Below, piece by piece: positions 49,419 to 58,161 of a DNA stretch of 64,000 nucleotides. The position numbers were made by a program, and so were the translations under genes. Below the pieces are notes generated by a model, which was not told the origin of the DNA, made no database searches, and worked only from the letters and a program-made list of their open reading frames with translations. Within the stretch, counting starts at the first letter, position 1, and each line of letters begins with the position of its first letter. The DNA lies in assembly GCA_964565345.1 (NCBI GenBank), contig CAZMEQ010000002.1, positions 7,133-71,132 of the forward strand, written 5' to 3'. The DNA is from an uncultured Gammaproteobacteria bacterium. GTDB lineage: Bacteria > Patescibacteriota > Patescibacteriia > UBA11705 > JABHMO01.

Positions 49419-50059
49419 ACCGAACCGTCACCATCTTCCTGTCCTCTGCCCTTGTGTTCGCGGGGCTCATCCTCGCGGACAGCATGTTCAACTGGGCGTG
49501 GTACTGGAAGGTGGGCGCGGCGGTGGGCCTGGGGATCATCCCCTGGTTCTTCGTTCGTCGATCGACCTCTGCCACCCCCGCAACCCCGGCCGCACCCGCG
49601 GCTGGCACTCGCCCCACCTGCCCCACCACCGCCCGCAGAGACTTCTGGGGCGACACGGCCATCCCGGCGGCAATCACGGTCGCTCTCTGGGCCGCGCTCG
49701 CCTACGGAGTCTGGTTCTGGGTCGTCATCCCGGTCGTGGAATCGGGCAAGGCAGACCCGCAGACCCGCGTCGTGAATAATGGGTTCGCCCATCACGACGC
49801 GACTTACCCGCGGGAAGTCAGTACCCACCCCTTCGAGGCCACCCTGTCGGCCAACCAGCCGACTGCGGTGTTCGAGGTCAAGGCCGGTGATCCCATCAAG
49901 ATCTACCGGCTGGACGCCCCGATCCGCGTCTGGGTCAAGGGGCAGAAGGGCTGGACGGAGTTTTCCACCCCCTACCGGTTCCGCCCCAAGCAGGACGGGA
50001 CACTCATGATTTCCTCTCCAACCCCGGGGAATCATGTGTACATTCACAACGAGGGTTAA
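49415..50059 (+). CDS. Membrane protein (3 predicted TM helices plus a C-terminal beta-rich soluble domain), plausibly the NfeD-like partner of the SPFH protein
   Basis: ATGA start/stop overlap with the SPFH gene. Hydrophobic helices IFLSSALVFAGLILA, VGAAVGLGIIPWFFV and ITVALWAALAYGVWFWVVIPVV. C-terminal beta-rich segment VFEVKAGDPIKIYRLDAPIRVWVKGQKGW. SPFH genes are commonly paired with nfeD (established pairing). The assignment here is an inference. Confidence 0.45.
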   Translation: MNRTVTIFLSSALVFAGLILADSMFNWAWYWKVGAAVGLGIIPWFFVRRSTSATPATPAAPAAGTRPTCPTTARRDFWGDTAIPAAITVALWAALAYGVWFWVVIPVVESGKADPQTRVVNNGFAHHDATYPREVSTHPFEATLSANQPTAVFEVKAGDPIKIYRLDAPIRVWVKGQKGWTEFSTPYRFRPKQDGTLMISSPTPGNHVYIHNEG

Positions 50060-50102
50060 AAAACGCCCCACTGCAGCAACTGCAGCGGGGCGTCATTTTT
50101 TG
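50060..50102. terminator. Bidirectional intrinsic terminator shared by cassette 1 and the convergent lipoprotein gene
   Basis: aaaaaacgccccactgcagcaactgcagcggggcgtcatttttt. An 11-12 bp GC stem with an A-run upstream and a T-run downstream. Confidence 0.6.
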
Positions 50103-50107
50103 TAATT

Positions 50108-50704
50108 TTATTTCATGTCAGAAGGGGAGGCGTTGGGATAAAAGGTCATACTATTCAAAATTGTTTTAATATCATCCCAATATTGTTTTTCATGAATTTC
50201 TATTTCCAATATTCTGTCACCTAAATCAAGCGCCACTAAATCAACTAAAACTTCTGGCTTTTCAAAGTTTCTGTTTCTGACATCTTTGAACCAAACACCT
50301 TCAATACCACCCACAAAAACTTTTTCTTGCTGATAATTTCCTAAAAATAAATTCTCAGTTGCTTGTCTGTAAAAATCCTCCAATGTATATTTTGTTTGCC
50401 AATTAGAATGAGCCAAAATGACCAAAGACCCGTAATAAGTTTCATTATTCTTTTGAACCTCTACTCCACGCTCTTCTGGATAAAAGGCCGCTTGCTTACC
50501 GTCCTCACCAGAATCATAAACTAACCAATTGTTTGGAAAACGTAATTCATAACGATAGGCGGGGTTTGTATACAACTTCCAAGAATAAACTTGCCTGGCC
50601 ACCTCCGAACTATTCATAGCAAAGCCACTATTTTCTTTTTTAGTACAAGCAGAAAAAGAAAAAACTAACATCAGAATAACTAAACCAACAAATACTTTTT
50701 TCAT
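50108..50704 (-). CDS. Hypothetical lipoprotein
   Basis: Signal peptide with lipobox-like LVFSFSAC. 198 aa. No recognised catalytic motif. Confidence 0.5.
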   Translation of the reverse strand: MKKVFVGLVILMLVFSFSACTKKENSGFAMNSSEVARQVYSWKLYTNPAYRYELRFPNNWLVYDSGEDGKQAAFYPEERGVEVQKNNETYYGSLVILAHSNWQTKYTLEDFYRQATENLFLGNYQQEKVFVGGIEGVWFKDVRNRNFEKPEVLVDLVALDLGDRILEIEIHEKQYWDDIKTILNSMTFYPNASPSDMK

Positions 50705-50705
50705 A

Positions 50706-51584
50706 CTAGTTTAAAATTTGATTAATAATCGACAACAATTCCTCCTCTGAATAAAATTCTATTGCTATTTCCCCCTGCCCGCCCTTTTTACTTATTCTTA
50801 CTTTTGTATTTAGCTTTTCTCTCAACAAGTTTTCTTTTTCTTCAACTTCATAATCCCGCGCTTTTGTTGCCCCTACCCTTCGAGTTCCTTTGGGAGCACG
50901 CGCCTGCTCAGCCTCACGCACGGTAAAATTATATTGCACTATTTTTTTTAAAAAGTCTAGCTGTTCTTTTTCTGATTTTAAACCAGCAATTATTTTAGCA
51001 TGTCCCTCAGATATTTCTTCTCTGGCCAAAGAACGTTGAATCTCGGCTGACAATTCTAAAAAACGTAGAGTATTAGCCAAAGAAGAACGGCTCACACCAA
51101 GCTTTTCAGCGGCTTCTTCTTGCGATAAATTATATTCGTCAATTAACTTTTGATAAGCAATGGCTTTTTCAATAGGATTTAAATTTCGGCGCTGAATATT
51201 TTCAATTAATGCTAATTCTAATTTTTCTTGTTCACCGGCTTCGCGAACGATAACCGGAACAGTGGCTAGACCCAAAATTTTTGAGGCGCGCAAACGTCTT
51301 TCCCCAGCAATTAATTCATATCCTTCGCCTGTTTTTGTCACTACCAAAGGTTGAATAATCCCATGTACTCGTATGGATTCAATTAGAGACTCCAGGTCTT
51401 CGTGATCAAAAACTGTTCGAGGCTGTTGCGGGTTAGCCGAAATTCTATCAACCGGGACTTGAAGTATTTGATTTTTGGTATCATTTAACAAAAACTCTCG
51501 ATGTGGTTCCGAAATAGTATCTTTTAAAACTTTTCTTGGAATTAACGAATCCAGCCCTTTACCGAGACCAGTGATCTTGGCCAT
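50706..51584 (-). CDS. parB: Chromosome partitioning protein ParB/Spo0J
   Basis: GIIQPLVVTKTGEGYELIAGERRLRASKILGLATVPVIVRE (ParB box). HTH region. Directly downstream of parA. Confidence 0.85.
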   Translation of the reverse strand: MAKITGLGKGLDSLIPRKVLKDTISEPHREFLLNDTKNQILQVPVDRISANPQQPRTVFDHEDLESLIESIRVHGIIQPLVVTKTGEGYELIAGERRLRASKILGLATVPVIVREAGEQEKLELALIENIQRRNLNPIEKAIAYQKLIDEYNLSQEEAAEKLGVSRSSLANTLRFLELSAEIQRSLAREEISEGHAKIIAGLKSEKEQLDFLKKIVQYNFTVREAEQARAPKGTRRVGATKARDYEVEEKENLLREKLNTKVRISKKGGQGEIAIEFYSEEELLSIINQILN

Positions 51585-51600
51585 AACTATATTTTTATTT

Positions 51601-52362
51601 TTATAATATTTCTAACAATTCGCGCGCTAATTTTTCATAAGCTTTTGCCCCCTTAGAAGCTGGGTCATAATGCAAAATAGATTTGCCATGACTGGGAGCT
51701 TCTGTTAGGCGCACGTTACGCGGAATAACAGTTCTAAAAATTTTATCAGGAAAATGTTTATAGAGTTCTTGCAACACCTGATCAGACAAACGCAACCGTT
51801 TATCGTACATGGTAATCAAAGCTCCTAAAATTTCTAATTCTGGTTTGATGTTTTCTTGTATTAAAGAAATAGTATTCATCAATTGTCCCAAACCCTCTAA
51901 TGCATAATATTCAGCTTGTACCGGAATTAAAACCATATCAGCCGCAACCAAGCCATTAACAGTTAGTAATCCCAAAGACGGCGGGCAATCAATAATAATA
52001 ACATCATAATCACCTCTTACTTCTAATAAAGTATCGTACAAACGAAATTCACGTCTATCAAGACCCACTAATTCAACCGTTGCTCCGGCTAAGCCCGGTG
52101 TGGCGGGTGCAATACGAAAACCAACATGGCCTGTTGGTTGAAGAACCTCTCGCATTAAACAAGAACCGGACAAGGCTTCATAAATACCCTTAGAAATGTT
52201 TTGATAATCCAAGCCCAAACCAGAACTCGCATTAGCCTGCGGATCCAAATCAACCAATAAGACATATTTACCAAGATGCGCCAAATAAGCGGCCAAATTA
52301 ACGGCTGTAGTTGTTTTTCCTACTCCGCCCTTCTGATTAACAACAGTTATTATCTTAGCCAT
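51601..52362 (-). CDS. parA: Chromosome partitioning ATPase ParA/Soj
   Basis: KIITVVNQKGGVGKTTTAVNLAAYLA deviant Walker A. DCPPSLG. Confidence 0.9.
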   Translation of the reverse strand: MAKIITVVNQKGGVGKTTTAVNLAAYLAHLGKYVLLVDLDPQANASSGLGLDYQNISKGIYEALSGSCLMREVLQPTGHVGFRIAPATPGLAGATVELVGLDRREFRLYDTLLEVRGDYDVIIIDCPPSLGLLTVNGLVAADMVLIPVQAEYYALEGLGQLMNTISLIQENIKPELEILGALITMYDKRLRLSDQVLQELYKHFPDKIFRTVIPRNVRLTEAPSHGKSILHYDPASKGAKAYEKLARELLEIL

Positions 52363-52474
52363 AAAAATTTAAATTCTTAGTAAATTATACTATAAACGAA
52401 GTCCTTTGACAACTTAAAATTTTTGCTTTATAATGGCCCATAGTTCTGTTAATTTAAGGAAAATATCAGGTGAC

Positions 52475-52559
52475 GGGCGAGTGGCGAAGTTGGTAGACGC
52501 GCACGACTCAAAATCGTGTGGGGAAACTCATGAGAGTTCGACTCTCTCCTCGCCCACCA
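52475..52559 (+). tRNA. tRNA-Leu (anticodon CAA) with long variable arm and an encoded CCA
   Basis: Acceptor GGGCGAG/CTCGCCC. Anticodon stem cacga/tcgtg with loop cuCAAaa. T-arm gagag-ttcgact-ctctc. Discriminator A then CCA. Preceded by TTGACA-17-TATAAT. Confidence 0.75.
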
Positions 52560-52576
52560 TCTGGTATTTTTTCTTT

Positions 52577-52615
52577 TAAAAAAATAGCGACCGCAGGAGT
52601 GTTCCTTTGGTCGCA
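52577..52615 (-). terminator. Intrinsic terminator downstream of the GC-rich cassette-2 gene, also placed just after tRNA-Leu
   Basis: aaaaaaatagcgaccgcaggagtgttcctttggtcgc. Stem gcgacc/ggtcgc, with a U-run on the minus strand. Confidence 0.45.
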
Positions 52616-52621
52616 CATGAG

Positions 52622-53488
52622 TCAGGCCTGACGCACGGGCTTCCACTTGCCCGTGAGGTTCGTCCTTTCCCAGAGACGGATGTACTGTTCCGTCTTCTCG
52701 GATCGGATGCTCTGCTTCAGCAGGTTCTGCGCCTCGACAAGCTCGGGGAAGACCGACCGATCCAGATCCAGCCGCAAGAACCGATACAGATCCGGACCGA
52801 CCTTGAAGGCCGTACGCTGTACCAGAAGCTGGTCAGTCAGCTCGAAGAGCATGTTGGTCGTGGCATCCGTGATGGTGGGATCAGGGCGCACCCGCGCCTT
52901 GAACGCCTCGATGAGCTCGAGCGCGCGCTCGGCCAGGGTCCGATCCACGATGGTGATCGTGTTCACCCGGGCCATGACCCGCTTCAGTCCGTCGGTGCTG
53001 GTGAAGGTCACCTGCGAACGCAGGTTGCCCTTGGCATCTAGCAGATGCGAGAAGACGTGGGCCGTCACGTAGCCCTCGCGCGCGATGCTGGCCAGGACTA
53101 CTGCGCTGTTCAGCGCAAAGACCTGGGTCACCACTTCGTCCGTGGCCTGGCAACGTGCCCGCTCTTCGGCCATGACACGATCGAGCTCGCGCTGCTTCTG
53201 CGCCAGTTCTTCCTGTGCCGCACGCACGGCGTCACGTGCCTCGTCACGCTTCCTGGTCAATTCGCGCGATTTGTCCCGAAAGGCCTTAATGATGCCCTTT
53301 AGACCGGCTTCACGCTTGGTGCCATGTCGCACCAGATCGGCCAGAGCTTCCGAAGCATCGACGTACTGATGGTGCAACCTAGTCCAGGCTGCACGGGCCT
53401 TGGCCTCCGTCTTCTCCAAGACCTCGAGCTTTTTCTCGAGTGCTTTGACAGCGGACTGCAAGGTCCCAATAACTGTTTTGTGTCCCAT
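52622..53488 (-). CDS. GC-rich foreign-looking gene. Hypothetical protein with an N-terminal coiled coil of about 120 aa and a C-terminal globular domain of about 160 aa, of unknown function.
   Basis: 288 aa. Heptad-like Glu/Lys/Arg/Ala-rich N-terminal half (LEKKLEVLEKTEAKARAAW ... RKRDEARDAVRAAQEELAQKQRELDRVMAEERAR). No recognisable catalytic motif. Preceded on the minus strand by TTGACG-17-TATTAT and GAAGGAGG. Confidence 0.6.
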   Translation of the reverse strand: MGHKTVIGTLQSAVKALEKKLEVLEKTEAKARAAWTRLHHQYVDASEALADLVRHGTKREAGLKGIIKAFRDKSRELTRKRDEARDAVRAAQEELAQKQRELDRVMAEERARCQATDEVVTQVFALNSAVVLASIAREGYVTAHVFSHLLDAKGNLRSQVTFTSTDGLKRVMARVNTITIVDRTLAERALELIEAFKARVRPDPTITDATTNMLFELTDQLLVQRTAFKVGPDLYRFLRLDLDRSVFPELVEAQNLLKQSIRSEKTEQYIRLWERTNLTGKWKPVRQA

Positions 53489-53530
53489 GAAAACCTCCTT
53501 CAGGGAACTGCTCTCTTACTAGAACTTAAT

Positions 53531-53559
53531 ATAATAGCCAATAACCTGTTGTCCGTCAA
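53531..53559 (-). promoter_or_regulatory. Sigma70-like promoter (TTGACG, 17 nt, TATTAT) plus SD GGAGG for cassette 2, divergent from the tRNA promoter
   Basis: The reverse complement of 53525-53575 reads ...ttgacggacaacaggttattggctattat... The SD is the reverse complement of cctcc at 53495-53499. Confidence 0.45.
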
Positions 53560-53623
53560 TTGCAAGGCTTGCAGAAATTGTAATTTTAGCCTATAATGAA
53601 GTCACGATCGATTGCCACATTAA

Positions 53624-53699
53624 CGCGGGATAGAGCAGTTGGCAGCTCGCCAGGCCCATAACCTGGAGGTCGCAGGTTCGAGTCCTGCTCCCGCTACCA
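53624..53699 (+). tRNA. tRNA with anticodon CAT (Met, fMet or Ile-lysidine type). Position 1:72 is a C:U mismatch.
   Basis: Acceptor CGCGGGA/TCCCGCT. D-arm gagc-agttggcag-gctc. Anticodon stem ccagg/cctgg with loop ccCATaa. T-arm gcagg-ttcgagt-cctgc. Encoded ACCA. Confidence 0.65.
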
Positions 53700-53724
53700 A
53701 ATTTAAAAAGTTTATATATACCGC

Positions 53725-53801
53725 ACCAGGGTAGCTCAGATGGTTAGAGCGAGGGAATCATAACCCCTAGGTCGGCGGTTCGATTCCGCCCCCTGGTACC
53801 A
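53725..53801 (+). tRNA. Second tRNA with anticodon CAT (Met/fMet/Ile2 type)
   Basis: Acceptor ACCAGGG/CCCTGGT. D-arm gctc-agatggtta-gagc. Anticodon loop atCATaa with a GGG/CCC run in the stem. T-arm ggcgg-ttcgatt-ccgcc. Encoded ACCA. Confidence 0.65.
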
Positions 53802-53883
53802 TTCTTCGCACAGCGAAGAATGCCCTGCGTAGCGTGCAAAGCGAAGCATGGGCTGTGCTTCGAATGGCAAGCCATAATACTAT

Positions 53884-54835
53884 GCGTTTTATTTTCGACT
53901 TTGTTATAGTTTTGGTCTTATTACTTAGTGCTTATTGGATGTATGTTATCATACGTTCTTTTTTTATACCTGAAAACAAAAAAGTCAAAACGAAAATATT
54001 TCGCATTGTTTTGGCTATTTGTTTAGGTATAATAGCGGTTGTTATCTTTTATGGCAGCTTCATTGAACCAAGAAGAATAAAGGTTAAAACAATTGAAATT
54101 AACATTGGTAAAACAGCATCAGAAGAAAAACTAACCATCGTTTTTTTAAGCGATCTCCATGTAGGCCCGTACAAAAAAGATGACTATGTAAAAAAAATCA
54201 TTAAAAACATAGAACGAATTAACCCTGACTTAATTTTCTTGGGTGGAGATATGCTCTTTGGCAAAGAACATGAAGCAAAATATTTATATCCTTTTAAATC
54301 TTTAGCTCATGAGTATAAAATCTATGCCATTACTGGTAATCATGAATACAATGCTGGTAAATATGGGGATCCAAAACGGCTTGATCAAACAAGATTATTA
54401 CGCCAAAATTTTAATGACTGGGGCATTACTTTATTAGACAATCTAACCATTGAGTATGACCATAAGGGTGAGAAAATAACCATTAGCGGAATCGAAGATA
54501 TTTGGACCGGCAAAGCAGACCTTAAAAAAGTAAGATCCAATATTGATGCACAAAAAACTAATCTCTTATTGGCTCATAACCCAGACGTTATTCTGGACAA
54601 GGATCATGATGGCTTTGATTTAATTCTTTCTGGTCACACACACGCGGGACAAATACGTTTACCTTGGATTGGAGCGCTTATGGGAGTCCCCACTATTCTG
54701 GGACGGAATTACGATCACGGACTTTTCAAGTTTGACGAGAATTACTTATATATTTCCGCTGGTTTAGGAGAATCTGGCACCAGAGCGCGCCTCTTTAATC
54801 CGCCAGAACTGACAATAATAAAAATAGATCCATAA
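53884..54835 (+). CDS. Membrane-anchored calcineurin-like metallophosphoesterase
   Basis: FLSDLHVGP (DxH). FLGGDMLFG (GDxxD). ITGNHEYN (GNHE). LSGHTHAGQ (GHxH). Two N-terminal TM helices. The ORF track start at 53834 overlaps hairpins downstream of the tRNAs. MRFIFDFV is the likelier start. Confidence 0.75.
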
Positions 54836-54858
54836 ATAAATCCGCCTCAAGGGCGGAT

Positions 54859-56001
54859 TTATTTTAGTAAGATTTGAAATTTTTTTATTGTTGTTTCCCA
54901 TTTAAACTGCTCAGAGCGAGCTTCACCCTTTTGCACCAAGCCCTGCCGGACAAGCTTGTCTTGTAAAATAGTTTTTAACGCTGACTTAATCTCGCCAGGA
55001 TCTTCAGGATCAACCAAAATAGCTTCCCCTGTCCCAGCGATCTCTTTTAAAGATGAGTTATTTCCTGTAATCACAGGAACTCGCAAAGCCATCGCCTCTA
55101 ATATAGGAAAACCGAAGCCTTCATAGCGCGAAGGAAAAACAAAAACACTAGAATTTTTTAACAGAATATTGCGTTCGCGATTACTAACCTTACCAATATA
55201 TTTTATTTGGGCTTGAGTAAAACGCTGATTCGATTCATTTAAAAATTTAAATATCGGTTGGAACTTCCAACCTTTTATTCCAGCCAATACTAGCGAAACT
55301 TTACTCTCTTCATTCTCAAAAAGATAATTTGTGAAGGCTTTAATTAAATTTTTAATATTCTTTCTCGGTTCTATGGTTCCCAAATATAACACGTAATTGG
55401 TAAGAATATTAAACTTCTCTAAAACCTTCTTATTTTCATCTTCAATATAATTTTCCTTTACTATAACGCCAGGATATATTACTCTAATTTTCTCTGGATC
55501 TACCTTAAACAAAGAAATTAAATCATCTTTTGTGTTATGGGATATGGCGACAACTGTTTTTGCCTTCTTTAAACTTAGAGGGACTAAAATTTTAGTTGAA
55601 AACCACTGTCTTTCCGGAAACCACTCTGGATGCAAATAGATCGCTAAATCATGAACAACCAATATCGATTTTTTAAAATAAAACAAAGGCATAACATTAG
55701 CCGGGAAGATAGCCAAGTCCAATTTAGCTGTATTTAGTAACATGCTAAAACGAATATGATTCTCCAATAACGGAATTTTCGAGCTAGAACGAAACAACTT
55801 AACAATTTTTACTCGATCATTCCCAGCACGAACCTTGTGTATAGTTTCAGGGCTCATGTCGCTATGAAAAAACAGAACAAATTCATTGCTTTCGTCGAGT
55901 TTTAAAAGTGTTTTCACAAAATGATAAACATAACGTTCGACTCCAGCGCCGATATTCGCATGAACGTCATAAAAATTTCGGCAATCAATACCTATCCGCA
56001 T
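54859..56001 (-). CDS. Glycosyltransferase family 1 (GT4-like)
   Basis: C-terminal VFVFPSRYEGFGFPILEAMALRVPVITGNNSSLKEIAG is the GT1/GT4 EX7E-region signature. Confidence 0.8.
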   Translation of the reverse strand: MRIGIDCRNFYDVHANIGAGVERYVYHFVKTLLKLDESNEFVLFFHSDMSPETIHKVRAGNDRVKIVKLFRSSSKIPLLENHIRFSMLLNTAKLDLAIFPANVMPLFYFKKSILVVHDLAIYLHPEWFPERQWFSTKILVPLSLKKAKTVVAISHNTKDDLISLFKVDPEKIRVIYPGVIVKENYIEDENKKVLEKFNILTNYVLYLGTIEPRKNIKNLIKAFTNYLFENEESKVSLVLAGIKGWKFQPIFKFLNESNQRFTQAQIKYIGKVSNRERNILLKNSSVFVFPSRYEGFGFPILEAMALRVPVITGNNSSLKEIAGTGEAILVDPEDPGEIKSALKTILQDKLVRQGLVQKGEARSEQFKWETTIKKFQILLK

Positions 56002-56007
56002 ATTTCG

Positions 56008-56910
56008 TTAATTTTCCCATTCATAATTATTAAAAACCCAATCTGCAATAACTTTGACATCTTGGAAACGAGCCTCTATATCGCTACTATTAAGTACAGT
56101 GATCAAAACTGGATGATTATTACTAGTAATTTGCACTGTTAGACAATAACCAGCTTCTGGAATGTACCCTGTTTTGCCTCCAAACAATGTATAACCATAC
56201 TTAGGCTGATTTAAAAAACTATCTAACAGAATATCAGTGCTAGTAACCGTCCTTTTTTTAGCACTGTTTATTATTTCAAACGAATACTTTTTCTTTGTCA
56301 CTGTTTCCTGAATCTTTTTTTGATTTAAAGCAGCATATAGTAGCCGAGAAACATCTAATGCAGTCGAGTAATTTTCCGTTGCCAGGCCAGTTGGGTCAGC
56401 AAACTTTGTATTATACATCTGCAAGGCCCGTGCTTTTTCATTCATTTTTTTAACAAACTCATCCTGTGAAAACCCTAAAGCCCGAACCATGGCCATAATA
56501 GAATTATTATCTGAACTTATTAAGGCTGCATGCCACAAATCAGCGAAAGTGACTTTTTCACCTCTATAAATATGTGCAAAAGCACCCTCCGTTTCATCGC
56601 TAGCAGTCATTTCTACTACCTTGTCCCAATTTGTCACTTCATCCAAAACAACTAGTGCCGTCATTAACTTGGTTATGCTAGCAATTGGTTGCACAGAATC
56701 AACATTTTTTTGAATTAATATTTTCCCGCTCGCGACATCCAGAGCAACATATTTTTCAGCACTGATTTCTACACCCACATTTTCCGGGTTAATTCTTTTC
56801 GGTGGACTTGCCTCAACTGCTTTAGCCACATGGAAAAAATCACGATCAGCAGGATAAGCACTGCTGAACGGATTTAAAAATAGTAGAACCAGTAAAATAT
56901 TAATTAGCAT
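56008..56910 (-). CDS. D-alanyl-D-alanine carboxypeptidase (S11, PBP5/DacA-like)
   Basis: Signal peptide. PIASITKLMTALVVL (SxxK active site). SDN-like ISSDNNS. KTG-like GGKTGY. Confidence 0.8.
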   Translation of the reverse strand: MLINILLVLLFLNPFSSAYPADRDFFHVAKAVEASPPKRINPENVGVEISAEKYVALDVASGKILIQKNVDSVQPIASITKLMTALVVLDEVTNWDKVVEMTASDETEGAFAHIYRGEKVTFADLWHAALISSDNNSIMAMVRALGFSQDEFVKKMNEKARALQMYNTKFADPTGLATENYSTALDVSRLLYAALNQKKIQETVTKKKYSFEIINSAKKRTVTSTDILLDSFLNQPKYGYTLFGGKTGYIPEAGYCLTVQITSNNHPVLITVLNSSDIEARFQDVKVIADWVFNNYEWEN

Positions 56911-57466
56911 TTGTTTTTTCGGCTTGCACTAAATAGTTTTCTAAATTTTCAACTTGATGTAGTCGTTCATAATCAGGCAATTCTGTAACAGAGTTAATTC
57001 CCAGATACTTCAAAAACTCAACTGTTGGTTCATAAACCACGCGCATCTTCTCTTTTTCTTCGGTTACATTGATAAGACCGCGGATCAATAAATTCCGAAT
57101 AATTAGACTACAATTTACCCCGCGAATTTGCTCCAGCTCTGTTTTTGTAATAGGACCGCGATACGCAATAACTGTCAGAGCCTCTAATGAAGCCGGCGTT
57201 AACTCGCCTGTTAAATCTTCTTTTAAAAACTGTTTAACCAAACCACTGGCTTCTTGATTACTGACAAATTGCACCGAATCCGCTGCCTGAATCAATTGGA
57301 GTCCGCTTTCTGGATTGTTATATTTTAATTTTAATTCTTCGATGACACTTAAAACTTCATCCGAAGTTGTTTTTTCGCCTTGTTTGTTGAGGAAACTTAC
57401 CAAACTCCCTATTGTCATAGGCTTGGGTGACACAAAGAGCAAAGATTCTACTTTTGTTTTAAGCAT
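56900..57466 (-). CDS. scpB: Segregation and condensation protein B
   Basis: Two winged-helix repeats. TLAIIAYRGPITKTELEQIRGVNCS-type segment (ALTVIAYRGPITKTELEQIRGVNCSLIIRNL). Confidence 0.85.
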   Translation of the reverse strand: MLKTKVESLLFVSPKPMTIGSLVSFLNKQGEKTTSDEVLSVIEELKLKYNNPESGLQLIQAADSVQFVSNQEASGLVKQFLKEDLTGELTPASLEALTVIAYRGPITKTELEQIRGVNCSLIIRNLLIRGLINVTEEKEKMRVVYEPTVEFLKYLGINSVTELPDYERLHQVENLENYLVQAEKTNAN

Positions 57467-57468
57467 AT

Positions 57469-58161
57469 CTATATTTTTTCGATAATAATATCATTAAAAG
57501 TCCCCTGTTGCTTAACTTTTAAATGGCGCTGTTTCAGTAATTCCAAGATTGCCAAAAAATTAATAATTATTTCTGTTCTATTTTGCGCATTACTGATTAG
57601 ATGCTGAAAATTTACATTCTTTTTTGCGGAGATAAAATCTTTAAGCTCTAATATTTTCTGTTGAAGGCTAATCGTTTTTTCCATCATCTGCTTTGGCAGC
57701 TTAACTAATGGATCCAACCTTTTGAGCACTACCAAGAATGAATTCTTTAATGTCTCTAAATTAGCGTTAGGCGGCGGGGAAAATTCAATTTCTGTTTTAG
57801 CCGGTGGGCGAGTACGTGCAAATGAAAAATGTTCTGCTTTAAGCATGGCTTCAATCTTTTTTGAGGCCTCCAGAAAATCCTTATACAACTTCAATTGAGA
57901 CTCTAAACTTTCCTCCTCTACCTCAGTCTCTAGATAAGGCAATAAAGCTCGAGATTTTAACAAGAGCAAACGACCGGCTACAACCAAAAAATCAGCTAAA
58001 TCATCCGGCTCTAACTCGGTTAGCTGATTTAGGTGCTCAATGTACTGTTCAGTAACTTGAGCCAAAGAAATTTCGGTAATGTTCAAATCTTCCTTTTCTA
58101 TTAGCTGTAATAATAGGTCCAAGGGCCCGTTAAATTTTTCTGATTTTACTTCGTACGACAT
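57469..58161 (-). CDS. scpA: Segregation and condensation protein A
   Basis: MSYEVKSEKFNGPLDLLLQLIEKEDLNITEISLAQVTEQY is the characteristic ScpA N-terminus. Upstream of scpB. Confidence 0.85.
   Translation of the reverse strand: MSYEVKSEKFNGPLDLLLQLIEKEDLNITEISLAQVTEQYIEHLNQLTELEPDDLADFLVVAGRLLLLKSRALLPYLETEVEEESLESQLKLYKDFLEASKKIEAMLKAEHFSFARTRPPAKTEIEFSPPPNANLETLKNSFLVVLKRLDPLVKLPKQMMEKTISLQQKILELKDFISAKKNVNFQHLISNAQNRTEIIINFLAILELLKQRHLKVKQQGTFNDIIIEKI

Noticed and set aside
48273-50071. Numerous overlapping ORFs on both strands inside GC-rich cassette 1 (for example 48273-48743 -, 48461-48796 +, 48710-49228 -, 49092-49412 -, 49409-50071 -, 49452-49775 +)
   Set aside because: These are typical GC-rich shadow frames (Arg/Gly/Pro-rich, no TM or domain logic). 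Only the frame that follows the SD and carries SPFH/NfeD-like features is credible.
52607-53596. Plus-strand ORFs 52607-53041, 52647-53072, 53045-53302 and 53085-53369 inside cassette 2
   Set aside because: They are antisense to the ORF that has the promoter, SD, terminator and coiled-coil periodicity, and have Arg/Ser-rich shadow-frame composition.
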